Source: Owenia fusiformis (lineage: Eukaryota). From it: a stretch of 64,000 nt of DNA. Positions 52,344 to 64,000 of this stretch are shown here, one piece after another (within the stretch, counting starts at the first letter, position 1; each line of letters begins with the position of its first letter). The translations under genes were made by a program, and so were the position numbers. The notes beneath the pieces were generated by a model. It ran no database searches and was not told where the DNA came from. It saw nothing but the letters and a program-made list of their open reading frames with translations. Location of the stretch: positions 19,468,001 through 19,532,000 of the forward strand of contig CAIIXF020000001.1 in assembly GCA_903813345.2 (NCBI GenBank), in the 5' to 3' direction.

Positions 52344-52721
52344 GTAAGGTTCTATTCAGTATCCTATGACTTATTTTTTGTTTAAATTTTGAATCTTTTA
52401 CTCTACTCGTCTACTGTGATCTTTTGAAAATATTGCAAGGGTCAGTATATGGTGTCAAAAATGCTATAATTTACAGTATTTTGAAATGTTATCTTCGTTA
52501 TGATTGGTACAATTATCACGCCCGGTGATCGCACAAAAATGATGGAGGGGGGATTAGGCGATTTCTGCAAGAAAACCCAACAAATTTGGAAGATTTATTT
52601 TTTCAAGAGAAAATTTGCAACTGATTTGCCAAATGAATAGGCGCAGTGCATGGCAAAATATGTTAGGTCATCTAGTATTTTTTTTTGAAGTGATACCCTT
52701 CTAAGATATGAGATCTATTAA

Positions 52722-53038
52722 CCCTTTCACGACGATAGGCTCCATATGGAGCCCTATTATGTAATACCTTTCAGGACGATAGGCTCCTTTTGGCACCATT
52801 ATTTTTATTTATATACCTCAATGAAATGACAATATCTCCAGTTCTATTCAGTATTTTTACACCAAATTTTGACAAGTTGTTCTAATGTGATAATCCTCAC
52901 TAAAAATTGTATTTCAGTGATAAAATCCAAAGTATAGGTCATGGGCCGAAGGTAATTTGCAGTTTTCCTCTAAAAACCGCTCTTACTTATCCGTCACCAG
53001 GGCCAACATTTTCCTTTTATATTCACGTTGGGAAAGGG
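52722..53038. mobile_element. piggyBac-like MITE
   Basis: TTAA|CCCTTTC ... GAAAGGG|TTAA. Confidence 0.8.
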
Positions 53039-54310
53039 TTAAAAAAGGCGCATCATCACCAACGTGCAAAAGTCAATGTTTTGCTATAAATCGGGCAACA
53101 ATGGTCTACTCAACCTGTAATAGATAGGTATAAGGGACGTTATTATCACAAAACTAATGACATTGCTCACTTTTAAAAGTTAGTTTCCATGCGTTATACA
53201 AAAAATAATCGAAATAAATTAATTTGGAATGGAGGGGGGGGGATCGGATGGACATCGTGATTCATTTTTACATTTTCATTTGACAACCATTTAGTGAATG
53301 TACATTTCGTGAAACCCATATGTCCAAACAACTCTCAATTTGAACACTTTCTTGGTCCCAATTTTGTTCTCATTGATTTGCATGGTTTTGATTCAGTGTA
53401 AATACATGCTTATTTTAATTACTTACCCAATGTAGCAGAATTATATAAAGTGCATATGAACAGAGAAGGACAACACCCTTTTCAAAGTTTAATTTTGCTT
53501 CTTTAAAAGAGAATACTAGGCTCTATGTACCACCAGAAAGGGATTTTTGGTATGCTTTGAATGGAACAAGTTTGAAGAAAAACGGTGCAGTATGAGACTC
53601 GTAATCCTTGATTTTCAAACATCCGGTAGGTCAAAAATTCAAATTAATGGTCGAAGTTAGGACCGCGTGGGAACAAACTAATAGTTCGAACTTGATTCTG
53701 CTCTGCTCCCTAAGTTACAATACTGAATTAAATCGATGAATGTTTTGTTTAAGCTAATCTTTTGCAATGTAATTTCATATAAAAATAGATTCAATAAAAG
53801 CTTTGTGGATTCTGAAAATATTGTGATTTTGTTTCACCTGAATGTTATACATAACACTTAGACCCACAACGGAAAATTTAATCATATTTTAAATAAAATC
53901 TGGCTGTTCTATTGGCTATTAAATTACCCTTCTACTAGCTATCTAGGTATCTAGCTTATAGGCTGTTATAAAACCTACTGAGTTACTCCCTGCTGAAGGA
54001 CAGTGGCACAGCTGCTGCTTCCACTCTAATCTAAGTGATAATACAAGTTCCATGAGCTAATTCTGAAAACAAATTCTGACAGCAAAATGAGTATTAAATA
54101 AAGTACCTTATCTTTTGTCTTGCACTAGTCAATGACTATAGTGTGCATTTTTTGAAATTATAACTTATGTGTCACTGATTTTTCATCTATAAAATACTAT
54201 ATGATTGATTTAGTACAGAATGTTTATTTTTATATGTTAAAAACAAGTTATATCATCATTGTGGATTGTGGATTGTAGTCCCATAGCCATATTATTGTGT
54301 CTACTTTTAG

Positions 54311-54469
54311 AGAAAGCCAAATGATGCAATAAAAAAGTATGATGCACTCCTTCAACGTTACCCACAAAGCCCACGTGCCATATTTGGCAAAGCAGAGGCC
54401 CTCTCGAGACTAGCAGAGCTTGAACGCAGCAACCGTTTCTTGGAACAAAGCATCAACCAGTATCAAAAG
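54311..54469 (+). CDS. ASPH: ASPH exon 4 (TPR region; YPQSPRAIFGKA...RSN)
   Basis: 159 bp, AG/GT bounded; YPQSPRAxxGKA motif typical of ASPH. Confidence 0.93.
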
Positions 54470-56199
54470 GTAGGTATTGTTACTGAAAATATGCTAACGT
54501 TTTGTTTTTTACTATCCATTCCTAATATGTGTACTATCCAAATTATCAATAGCTGATATATGTACTATCCATACCTAATATGTGTACTATCAAAAATTGT
54601 CCATATCTGATATACGTACTATAGTGGAATCAATTGGTGCAAGGCCCCCATAGGGACCTTGCGTTTTCATACTAAAGTTTGTTTTGGAATTTTTTCTTAT
54701 TGTTCTATGTATTTCAAGACATTTTAGAGACAGGGCCCTTTTTCTAAAGCCCTTTTTGGAAAAATAATTGAGATTACAGAGGATACCCATTATTACTGCT
54801 TTTTAACACAATGTTTAACAGAAAATTCAAATTCCAAACTCCTTGTCTCACTATATATTCACCAATGGAGAATGGAAGTTGAGCAACCAAACTTGGCACA
54901 AAGTTGGACCCTAAGATAATCTCTAATCTGAGGGGTGTGATCTTTTGTGTAATCATGCATTTGCCTAGCAACCTCATAGCAACCATCTAAAATAACACAT
55001 TTTACAATATAAATCCACTTAATATATGCTAGGATGCTATAAGACCATTACAGAAAGTCTTCTTATCATAAAATACAACAATTCAAACATATTTAAAGAA
55101 GTGACATCACCATGTTGCATAGCAACAACATGGCAACAGGTTACAATGCCCATTTTGACATTTGCACACCATATTCCTATTATATGCTCAATTGTATGCT
55201 TTTGGATCCCTTCCACATTATTTCTTAACATACAAAAATTGTATTTAAGCATAAATGATGCAGTTATGCCTGACCATTTTCCCTAGCAACTTCCTAGCAA
55301 CGGCTTAAAATAATGCTTAAATTTGCCTAGCAATGACCGAGCAACAGCTTAAAATAGCAATGTTTCTCATAAAAATCTCACTATATATCCACTATTATGT
55401 AATATGTATGTCTTTTAATTTATAAAGCTTTGTTGCTGCACACTCAAAAATCTGCAGTCTCTTGTGTAAAGCATGATGGGACATTTCTTGTCTTATGTTT
55501 ATCAAACTTCAAAAGTCCTGCAATTCATGTTTCAGTTCTGAGATAAAGTAAACACAAAATATTCATCGTATTTATCCTTGTTACAGTTTCAGCATTAATA
55601 TCCATAAGATAATACTCTATTTGGGTTAATTGCTACAATTTCCTTTGCAATTGCATAGTTTCGGTGCAGTAGAATGCACCATGGCATTTTCAGTTCCCTT
55701 TGCAGTCACATTTGGTGCATCCATATTTAATTATGACTTTACATGCCTCAGATGCTTGCGACAGTATTGTCCATCTGGGTATGCACAATCCTGATGCATC
55801 CTAAACCATCCCCATAGGTTTGTTGAAGGAAGAACTGGATCCACTATATGCCATTGCCCCCATACATGTGCTCCTTGGAGCATGACATTATAGAGTGCTG
55901 CATCGCATGTTGGAGGTAATCTATCGGGATCCATCTGTCATGAGTGAACATGTGCCCGCGCATGGTATTGTAATTTGTCTCGCTGTTTGTAGGCTGGTAA
56001 ACCAGGATAATGAACCTCTCATTTTTTTGTGCCAATACCTTCTGTTGTTGTTACGGTTGATGGGCAATCTGCTAGAGTCAAAGGGACACCTGTTAGATCA
56101 TTACATAAGTTCCATTGCTTGAAAACTGTCACCTTGCTCTGATGGTAAAATCCAGATATGGTATCAGTTCCAGTATGGGCATGGAACATTTGCTATACA

Positions 56200-56630
56200 T
56201 ATACATATCGCTGCACTTTAGTTCATGAGATTGCTAGAGCACTAGGACCACAAAGATCATGTGCGTTGCCAATGTTCCACATCCTTACTGGAACTGATAC
56301 CACATCTGGATTTTACCATCATAGTAAGGTGACAGTTTTCAAGCAATGGAACTTATGTAATAATCTTACAGGTGCCCTTTTGACAAGAAGCATATGTATG
56401 TGGGCAGTGGTATATAGTGGATCCAGTTTTTCCTTCACCAAGCCTATGGGGATGGTTTAGGAGCCCATCAGGATTGTGGGTGCCCTGATGGACAATATTG
56501 CCCAAGCATCCATAGCATGTAAAGTCATAATTAAATGTGGATGCACCAAATGTGACTGCAAAGGGAACTGCTAATGCCATGGTGCATTCTACTGCATCCA
56601 ACTATGCACCTGTAAAGGAAATTGAAGCAA
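56200..56630 (+). pseudogene. Degenerate Academ-type transposase C-terminal fragment (XPG/H3TH plus Cys-rich finger)
   Basis: ALPMFHILTGTDTTSGFY motif, then frameshifted CGCTK-C-CKGNC-CHG remnants; mirrored copy at ~55640-56190 on the minus strand. Confidence 0.7.
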
Positions 56631-57429
56631 TTCACCAAAATAAAGTATTATCTTAGGGGTATTAATGCTGAAAATGAATCAAGTATTAATGTGATGAATC
56701 AGAACTGAAACATGAATTGCAATTTGATATACGTAAGACAAGAAATGTCCCATCATGCTTTACACAAGAGACTAAAAATTTTTAAGTGAGCAACTATAAA
56801 GCTTTATAAATTACAAAAGACATATATATTGATTTTTTTCAAGTCATATATAGTGGATATATAGTGAAATTCTTATGAGAAACATTGCTATTTTAAGATG
56901 TTGCTGGGTCGTTGCTAGGGAAATTTAACCTTTATTTCAAGCCGTTGCTAGGGAAAATGGTCAGACATAACTGCATCAATACATTTGCAATATGTTAATA
57001 AATAATGTGGAAGAGATCCAAAAGCAGTGAACATATAATAGATATATGGTCTGCAAATGTCAAAATGGGCATTGTAACCTTTTGCCATTTTGTTGCTATG
57101 CAACATGGTGATGTCACTTCAGTAAATATGTTAAAATTATTGTATTTTAGGAAAAGAATACTTTTTTTGTAATGGTCTTATAGCATCCTAGCATATATTA
57201 AGTGGATTTATATTGTAAAATATGTTATTTTAGACGGTTGCTATGTGGTTGCTAGGCAAATATAAGATATCACAAAAAATCAAAGCCCTAAGATTAGAGT
57301 TTATCCTAGGATCTAACTTTGTGCCAAGTTTGCTTGCTCAATTCCCATTCTCCATTGGTGAATTATAGTGAGATAAGGAGTTTGGAATTTGAATTTTCTA
57401 TTAAAATTGTGTTAAAAAGCAGAAATAAC

Positions 57430-57944
57430 TAGGGGTGGGACGGATAACCGAAATACCGAAAAACCGCGGTTCATAGCCTTCGGATCGGTTTTCGGATCAC
57501 GGCCCTACTTTCGGATCAGCTTTTCGGATCGTTTTCGGATTAATATTTCATTGGTCAAGTATCAATAAAACAGTTAAAAACACTGTTTTACAGCAACATT
57601 TTTGATATTCCTAGTCCCTACCTTGTCTGTCTTGTCTGTTGCTAGCTCACTCGTTTACTAGATTCGTTTCGTATCCGCGTATTCGTATCCCTCGGTAATC
57701 AATCATGTGGTCCCTGGTACTATATTCTTTAGTCGTGTATTCTAAATAATATGTATTGTTCATGAAATACTTTAACATAAAATTCCATCTATAAAATATT
57801 GTTATAACGTGGCATAATTAATACAAATCATGTCAATCAATACAAATCCTTAAAATGAATGAACCGAACCGAAAAAACCGAACCGACGGCTGATGATCCG
57901 AAAAACCGAACCGAACCGAACCGAAACGAACCGTCCCATCCCTA
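57430..57944. mobile_element. hAT-type MITE nested in the Academ right arm
   Basis: TIR TAGGGGTGGGACGG / CCGTCCCATCCCTA, 8-bp TSD GAAATAAC, subterminal AACCG/CGGAT repeats. Confidence 0.9.
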
Positions 57945-58136
57945 GAAATAACAGGTATCCTCTGTAATCTCAATTATTTTTCTAAAAAGGGCTTTAGAAA
58001 AAGGGCCCTGTCTCTTAAATAACTTTAAATACATAAAACTATAAGAAAAAACTCAAAAACAAACTTTAGTATGAAAACGCAAGATCATTCACCAATTGAT
58101 TCCGCTACTATCATGGGCTTTCAACTAGATATCCAA

Positions 58137-58545
58137 ATTATCCATACCTGATATATGTAGTATCCATACCTAATATGTGTACTATCCAAATTATCCATAC
58201 CTGATATTTGTACTATCCATACCTAAAATATGCACTATTCATACCTACTATGTATATTTACTAGCCATACCTTGTATATATACTATCCATTCCTAATATG
58301 TATACTATCCAAATTATCCATACCTGATATTTGTACTATCCATACCTAATATATGTACTATCCATTTTATCCATACCTAATATAGTCTATGTACTCTTCA
58401 TACCTACTATAGTACTATGTACTATCCATACCAGATATATGTACTATACATTCCTCATGTGTACTTACTACTATCCATACACTATCCATACCTTGCAAAT
58501 GTACTATCCATTCCTAATATGTGTACTATGTACTACTATCCTACT
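58137..58545. repeat. Degenerate minisatellite (GTACTATCCATACCTAATAT-like); the other part lies at 54510-54621
   Basis: Repeated GTACTATCCA motif on both sides of the Academ insertion. Confidence 0.8.
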
Positions 58546-58556
58546 ATTATTTACAG

Positions 58557-58635
58557 GTGCTTGATGTTTTGGATGTTCCTGATGAGCTCTTCAAGAAAGC
58601 AGCAAGGACCTGTAGGGATAAGATGCAGTTCAGAG
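58557..58635 (+). CDS. ASPH: ASPH exon 5 (VLDVLDVPDELFKKAARTCRDKMQFR)
   Basis: ttacag acceptor, gtacat donor, 79 bp, phase 0-1. Confidence 0.88.
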
Positions 58636-59714
58636 GTACATGTTCCTTAAATATGTACTAAACAATGAGTTTCATGAGACTTTTATATTCGGTGACTGAG
58701 GTGTTTTACATAGTTTTACTATAAACCAATAGCAGCATGTAATTCGATACATTTATATCTTTGAGTACTTTTACTTGAAATGGAAAACTAGGAAACCAAA
58801 GATATCGATTAGACTCTATGGAGAATCCATGGAGCGGGACAAATAGAAAATAAATAACAAATAAATCCCCTATGCAGAAGTTATTGATAGAGAACAATAT
58901 TTTGATGTTGAAAAATAAATTTCTATTTAACTTTTCGATGAAGTGCCTTATGTTGGAGAAAACTCAGCAATCGGCAATCGTGATTTCTAGCATATACTCT
59001 ATGAATTCATGATATATGATTTTGTGAATTGTATGATGGTTGGTAAGACCATATATTAGGTTTGGCCAAGTTGACATATCAACTGACTTGCTAAATAATT
59101 GTCTATTAGAATACATGTCTGAGGTTAAATCAAGATATTGTTAACCTATAGAACAATAGCACACATCATTACCAGCATATTTTTTAATTGATTTTCTTGT
59201 AGAACATGTTTTCACCTCAGAAACACAGAATGTATTGACTTTCCTTGTTTTCTTTAGCTTGAAGACATTTTAGTATTACATGTATAAAGTTAAAGTAGAA
59301 TCTTGATTCAAGTTTGTTTTTGCTCCTTAAATGAGAGCTTCATCAACACTCTTTGAGCAAGAAATAATCTTTTGAACTAGGTTTAACCAATCAGGATACT
59401 GACAATACTGTCAATCCAAATGCAGCTACCTATTCATTTTGTGTCCAGCGGTTGATTTTAAGCATTTGATGATTGATTTAACATCTGTAACGAATAGAAG
59501 GCGGTGATATTTATCATGATAATGCCTTGTTTACATTCCATCTTTACTTCATATATTCCTCACTCACATTCCATCTTCCATACTATGCCATCTATTTGAG
59601 TCCATAATTTTATTTCATTGCATGTACAGAATACTTTTCTTCCATCTTATTTCCCACCACATATCTTCATTAATGCATCTCTGTATATCTTTATATGTTT
59701 GTTCAATGTTGTAG

Positions 59715-59851
59715 GTTGGATGGGTAAAGCAGTAAAGGTGATGCAGCAAGCCTCTCTCAAGTTTTTCACTGACAATGCTCTGAGGAATGAACTAGGGGTG
59801 GCATACCTCATGATGGGACGGAATGAGAATGCAAGGGGAGTGTTCCAACAG
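59715..59851 (+). CDS. ASPH: ASPH exon 6 (TPR; LRNELGVAYLMMG)
   Basis: 137 bp, phase 1-0, AG/GT bounded. Confidence 0.92.
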
Positions 59852-60448
59852 GTATATGCAAAATATTATGGCACGTTTAGTATGTTGTAATTAACCCTTT
59901 GTATGATACTAACCTTTTTAATGGCTTGGAAGAAAACAGTTTCTAGACTTTCTGTCTTCTGTCTCGAGGTTCCTTAATCTGTGTGTGTGGTGGGGGGTTG
60001 AGTGTGGTCTCAGAGTGATAAAGCCAGAATCTGAGATGTAGGGGGTTACGATATTACTAGCAACATGCATGTTCTATTAACCTTCCAATGTTACCATCTC
60101 AAATATAATTTTATCATTAAGCGACATGTCTTTATGTTACTATGCAATGAATAAAAGATGTTGTCTTTTAGTATAGGTTGATCATCCATATTAGTTTATA
60201 TATAGAAAACAACTCATAAAACAATAAATCATTCATCGTGTATTTCAGTGAAACAATGCATCTGACATCAGGTTTTGCTATAGAATTGCAGATATGTCTC
60301 ATGACTCATGAAATAATTCATGAAAGAACTTTTAATCAGGATGAATTCTGAAAGACATCTGCTAAACAAATTGATGATCATGTAAGTGCTATTCTACACC
60401 ACTAAAAATATATATATTTCTCACCTGATTACCATTCTTAATTTTCAG

Positions 60449-60643
60449 GTTGTTGACCAAGAGCCTCACAATGGCTATGCTCTCGTCCATCTAGCATTTG
60501 TGGTTAAGACTATGGATCTGAATTATGAGAAAGCTATTCCAATGTTCATTGAGGGCTTGGAGTCTGGCGATGAAGGAACAGATGATGGTCGCTTCTACTT
60601 CCACCTTGGGGAAGCCCTCCAAAGACTCAACAGGACTGAAGAG
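60449..60643 (+). CDS. ASPH: ASPH exon 7 (GYALVHLAF...GTDDGRFYFHLGEALQR)
   Basis: 195 bp; GTDDGRFYFHLG signature of ASPH. Confidence 0.96.
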
Positions 60644-61417
60644 GTATGCAGAGTAGAGGATTTCTGTTTTTCTGTCACCACCGAGAAGTTTCATATTTCC
60701 ATTTTCTTCGTATCTATTGTTGTTACATTATTTTGTGATATAGCAATAACATGAAAAGTAGTGGTCCCTTGTTATACAGTATGCTTTAAACTCATAAAGT
60801 GAGCCGATATTAAAAAGTTAATATTGCCTTGTGAACTGCCATATCATGTTACCGTAACAACCATGACAGAATTTCAGTATTAACAAAATTCACATTACCT
60901 TTATGACACCCTGTGAAGATTATAGGTTAGAAAGTTTTGACTTTCCAAATTTCAATAACCATTGTCGTGACATCAAATTTTCCATGACTCGAGAAGAAAT
61001 CGTCAAATTAAAACTCATACCATGAACACCTGGAGTCATGGTAGAACTCAAACTGTTCAGATTTCTTAAAATATGTGTAATTAGTATGCCTTCTTAGAAC
61101 CTCACTAGAAATTGTTGCACAGGATCCTGCTCTGACCCCGCCCCCTTCTGATTCAGGAATATTTACATCAATGCAATTAGGTATTGAACAATGAGTATCA
61201 CCCCCACCACTTGGAATTACTTTCCCTTTTTATTGATGTGTCCTTGTTGACTGCAAAAGTACTTAACTTCAAAATAAACACCATGGGCATTTTATTTTGA
61301 AGGGTCTTTCGCAATTTAACAGAGATATATATGTCATTAGGAGAAAATCCAGTTTTTTCAATCCAATAAATGCTGATGAACATTTATACATTTCTATGCC
61401 CATCTTTATATTTCCAG

Positions 61418-61555
61418 GCTTACGAATGGTACCAGAAGGGTGCAGATAGGGGTCACTTTAAGTCAGCCTATCAGAGATCTCTCTATAATATCAACTCATT
61501 AACAAGTCAAGCCTGGTGGGACCCTCAAAAAACCAAATATCACACTTATATTAAG
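61418..61555 (+). CDS. ASPH: ASPH exon 8 (AYEWYQKGADRGHFKSAYQRSLYN...WW); gene continues beyond the window
   Basis: 138 bp, ttccag/gtgagt; GHFxSxxQRSLYN motif. Confidence 0.95.
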
Positions 61556-63782
61556 GTGAGTTGTATGCATGATATGGTATCCAGTCTGTATTTATTCTCC
61601 TATCTAAAGATTTATGTGGCATGAAAAATGCTAAATGAATAAACACAAGGAGCACATGCATCTCGAACTCGCAATCTCGTGGTTATGGCGCCCAATCGCC
61701 TAGCTCGAACGTGCTGGCGCTCAAGCCCCCTCCACCAACTCGACAACCCCAATAAAGGTTGTTTTGTCAGTTGATCTGACTACATTTTGTAATTTTAAAT
61801 GCTGATTTAAAGTCAAGAGGTATGAACTTTTCCTCAACAGGGGAACTCCTTGATAACTCCCATACTTGTTGATTTGGTTCCCAGTCATCTTTTTTCTCGA
61901 TTTTGAATCAGTTTTTCTTCACCTTACTCACTAGTCTTATGATATAATTTTAGAATATCAGAACCCCTTCCCTATGTCTCTCTCTGACAGACTGTAGAAG
62001 GTGTCAGTGTTGTACCATGATTTGAGAACAAATAAGTAAAGAATTGTTACTTGGAATGTAATCTAGGTATAACTGCAGAAGTGATCCCTGTATCTCCATT
62101 AAAAATATTCCTCAAAATATATGCACCATTAAAAGGGTTTTGTCACCAGATCCCCTTTTTAGTTTTAAATGCTGTCCCATTTCCAAATGTATGGAGGGGA
62201 GTGTAGTTGCTAATTAGATTTGGGACTAACAATAAAAAATATAATACATAAAATATTCAGTACTTAGAAACAGTCATTGTGGATATGACACAAGTAAACA
62301 AAAATAATGCAATGGCATGCTATAGTAATATGAAAACAAACAATGCAGACTTAGATCAGCATTGTCAACATATGAATAAGAACTTTTCTTTAGGATAAAT
62401 AGAAATATGGCTTCTGGTTGAACTATTGGTACTTTTCAAGCTCCAAAAATGAAAAATTGCTATCCAGCAAAAGTATGATGAACTTAAATGTACCTGATAT
62501 TTATCACATAAGTATGTTTATTAGTAGTTTAATAGAGTAAATATATGTACATTTATATGGGTTTCTCTAAATATTACAATACAATGAATTAATTTTACAC
62601 ATTTTAGTTACTTGAACTGTGCAACTGACTTTTGTAACTACACATCTATTCTTAAGAAATAAAAAAAACTGTTCATCTGAGGAACTTCTAACCACTTTGG
62701 TGTATCATTGTTAATCATTTAGGCCTCCTTTAAAAATTTAGAAATTACAGGATCACCTCTGTACATGTGTATGGTTTGCATATGTCAGTGCATTATATTG
62801 ACATCTATGTAATCTCACATTAGATATTGACATATTTATCCTTGTTTTTTGTTATAAGCCATGCATGTTTTTCCAAGGTTGTCAAGGACACAAAAATCGA
62901 TACACCGCAGTGCTAACTGTCCATATAACAATTGATATTTCGCAACTTACTTATCGCATGCTAAGTGAGTTGCGAAATCTCTCTATAAATAACAACTGTG
63001 AGTGAGTGATCCTCATTTGAACATTTTTGACCCTCTGACATATTTTTAAGTTTAATTTAATTAATCTGATAAAAGTAAAGTTAAACCTTTAAAATACATT
63101 TGTAAGTGGAACACCTTTGTAAGTGGAACATCTCTACAAACGGAGCATTTTCCAAAGAACCTTTACCATCTTCTTAATGTAAACTTGACTTCTGTAAGCT
63201 GAGAACTTTCCAAATTTATGATATTAAGACGTACTGAGTGTTCCACTTAAACAGGTTTGAATGTATTTAGTAATTTAAATAAACATAGTGAGATGACTGG
63301 TTTTCTAAGTCTTAGCTCATATTTAGAAGATGTAATAGTAATATAATTTTATTTAATGATCACATCTAAATTCTACAATATAAAGAACAATCAAAATTGA
63401 TTATGTAAAATTAAAATGTACATTTGCCTCGGGACAGCCATGAAAGATAAGAAAAATAGTCTTTCAATGCAATATTACGGATTTTTGCAGCATAAAGACC
63501 AATGCATTTTAATGTCTATGTAATGCTATGTTATATATCGAAATTGAGAAAATACTCTTGAATTGTTTTTCTACTGAATGCATATATATTATATATGGTA
63601 CATACATGACATTATAAAACAAATAGTGATTGTCACATTTTTGAAAAATAATATAGATAATTTCTTTTGGCTACAGGCAATGGGACAATGTAGGTATCGA
63701 GTAAATTCCCCAACCGTAGTCAGTGTTTGTCAAATTGTAATTCATTGTTCACGTTACTGTATATTCATCTCATCTCAGTTTT

Positions 63783-64000
63783 TTAATAATTGATATATAT
63801 ATCACACAATATTGATTTGGCAACAATTGCTACATAACCTTTTTTACAAACATTTGCTTCACAGCTACAGCTCCACTTACAACCTGTTACCAAACCATTA
63901 TATGTCTCTACAACTTTAGAGTCCAAGAAATCGCAAATTTTGAAGGATCCAGTGAAATCCTCCGAAGAACCCGTTGTTTCTTGGTACACAATTATGGTTT
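63783..64000 (-). CDS. Possible 3' end of a nested antisense gene encoding a Cys-rich domain
   Basis: Frame open to the window edge: TIIVYQ...FTGSFKIC...GCKWSCSCEANVC...ILCDIYINY-stop; six Cys. Confidence 0.4.
   Translation of the reverse strand, partial: TIIVYQETTGSSEDFTGSFKICDFLDSKVVETYNGLVTGCKWSCSCEANVCKKGYVAIVAKSILCDIYINY

Larger units (their letters stand above)
54622..58107. mobile_element. Academ-derived foldback element made of two inverted transposase 3' ends
   Basis: Termini TAGTGGAATCAATTGGTG / CACCAATTGATTCCGCTA; CTA 3-bp TSD; ~1.55-kb diverged inverted arms, each with decayed XPG-like (FHxLTGxDTTS), LPPT..DA and Cys-rich CxC remnants. Confidence 0.8.

Noticed and set aside
61556-64000. 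Next ASPH exon (start of the dioxygenase domain)
   Set aside because: No matching sequence found; it presumably lies beyond the window, so this is not evidence of truncation.

Overview
AT-rich eukaryotic genomic DNA with spliced GT-AG genes and dense DNA-transposon/MITE content, consistent with a marine invertebrate, probably a lophotrochozoan such as a mollusc (inference). Two host genes lie head-to-head. NKAIN (Na,K-ATPase beta-interacting protein) is on the minus strand, with ATG at 46403 and core exons of 54/138/81/204/61/85 bp. It has several alternative 3' ends, including a ~650-aa Pro/Gln/Ser/Arg-rich tail at 4364-6312. ASPH (aspartyl/asparaginyl beta-hydroxylase) is on the plus strand, with ATG at 47819 and 8 exons in the window; its catalytic domain lies beyond the window. 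NKAIN intron 2 carries an intact DIRS1-type tyrosine-recombinase retrotransposon (29308-34789). Its pol and YR ORFs lack proper ATGs, but the sequence shows an in-frame U_UUU_UUA slippery site and a phase-matched splice donor/acceptor pair, suggesting expression by frameshifting plus splicing. Other notable structures are a 116-bp tandem array that multiplies the NKAIN exon-3 splice donor, several large foldback elements (an Academ-derived double-3'-end element, a TTAA foldback in the divergent promoter, and a 2.9-kb foldback carrying a 172-bp satellite), a Helentron/HINE element with 146-bp repeats, a triple-nested MITE stack, and a possible nested cysteine-rich gene at the window end. All calls come from manual reading of the sequence; no database searches were run.
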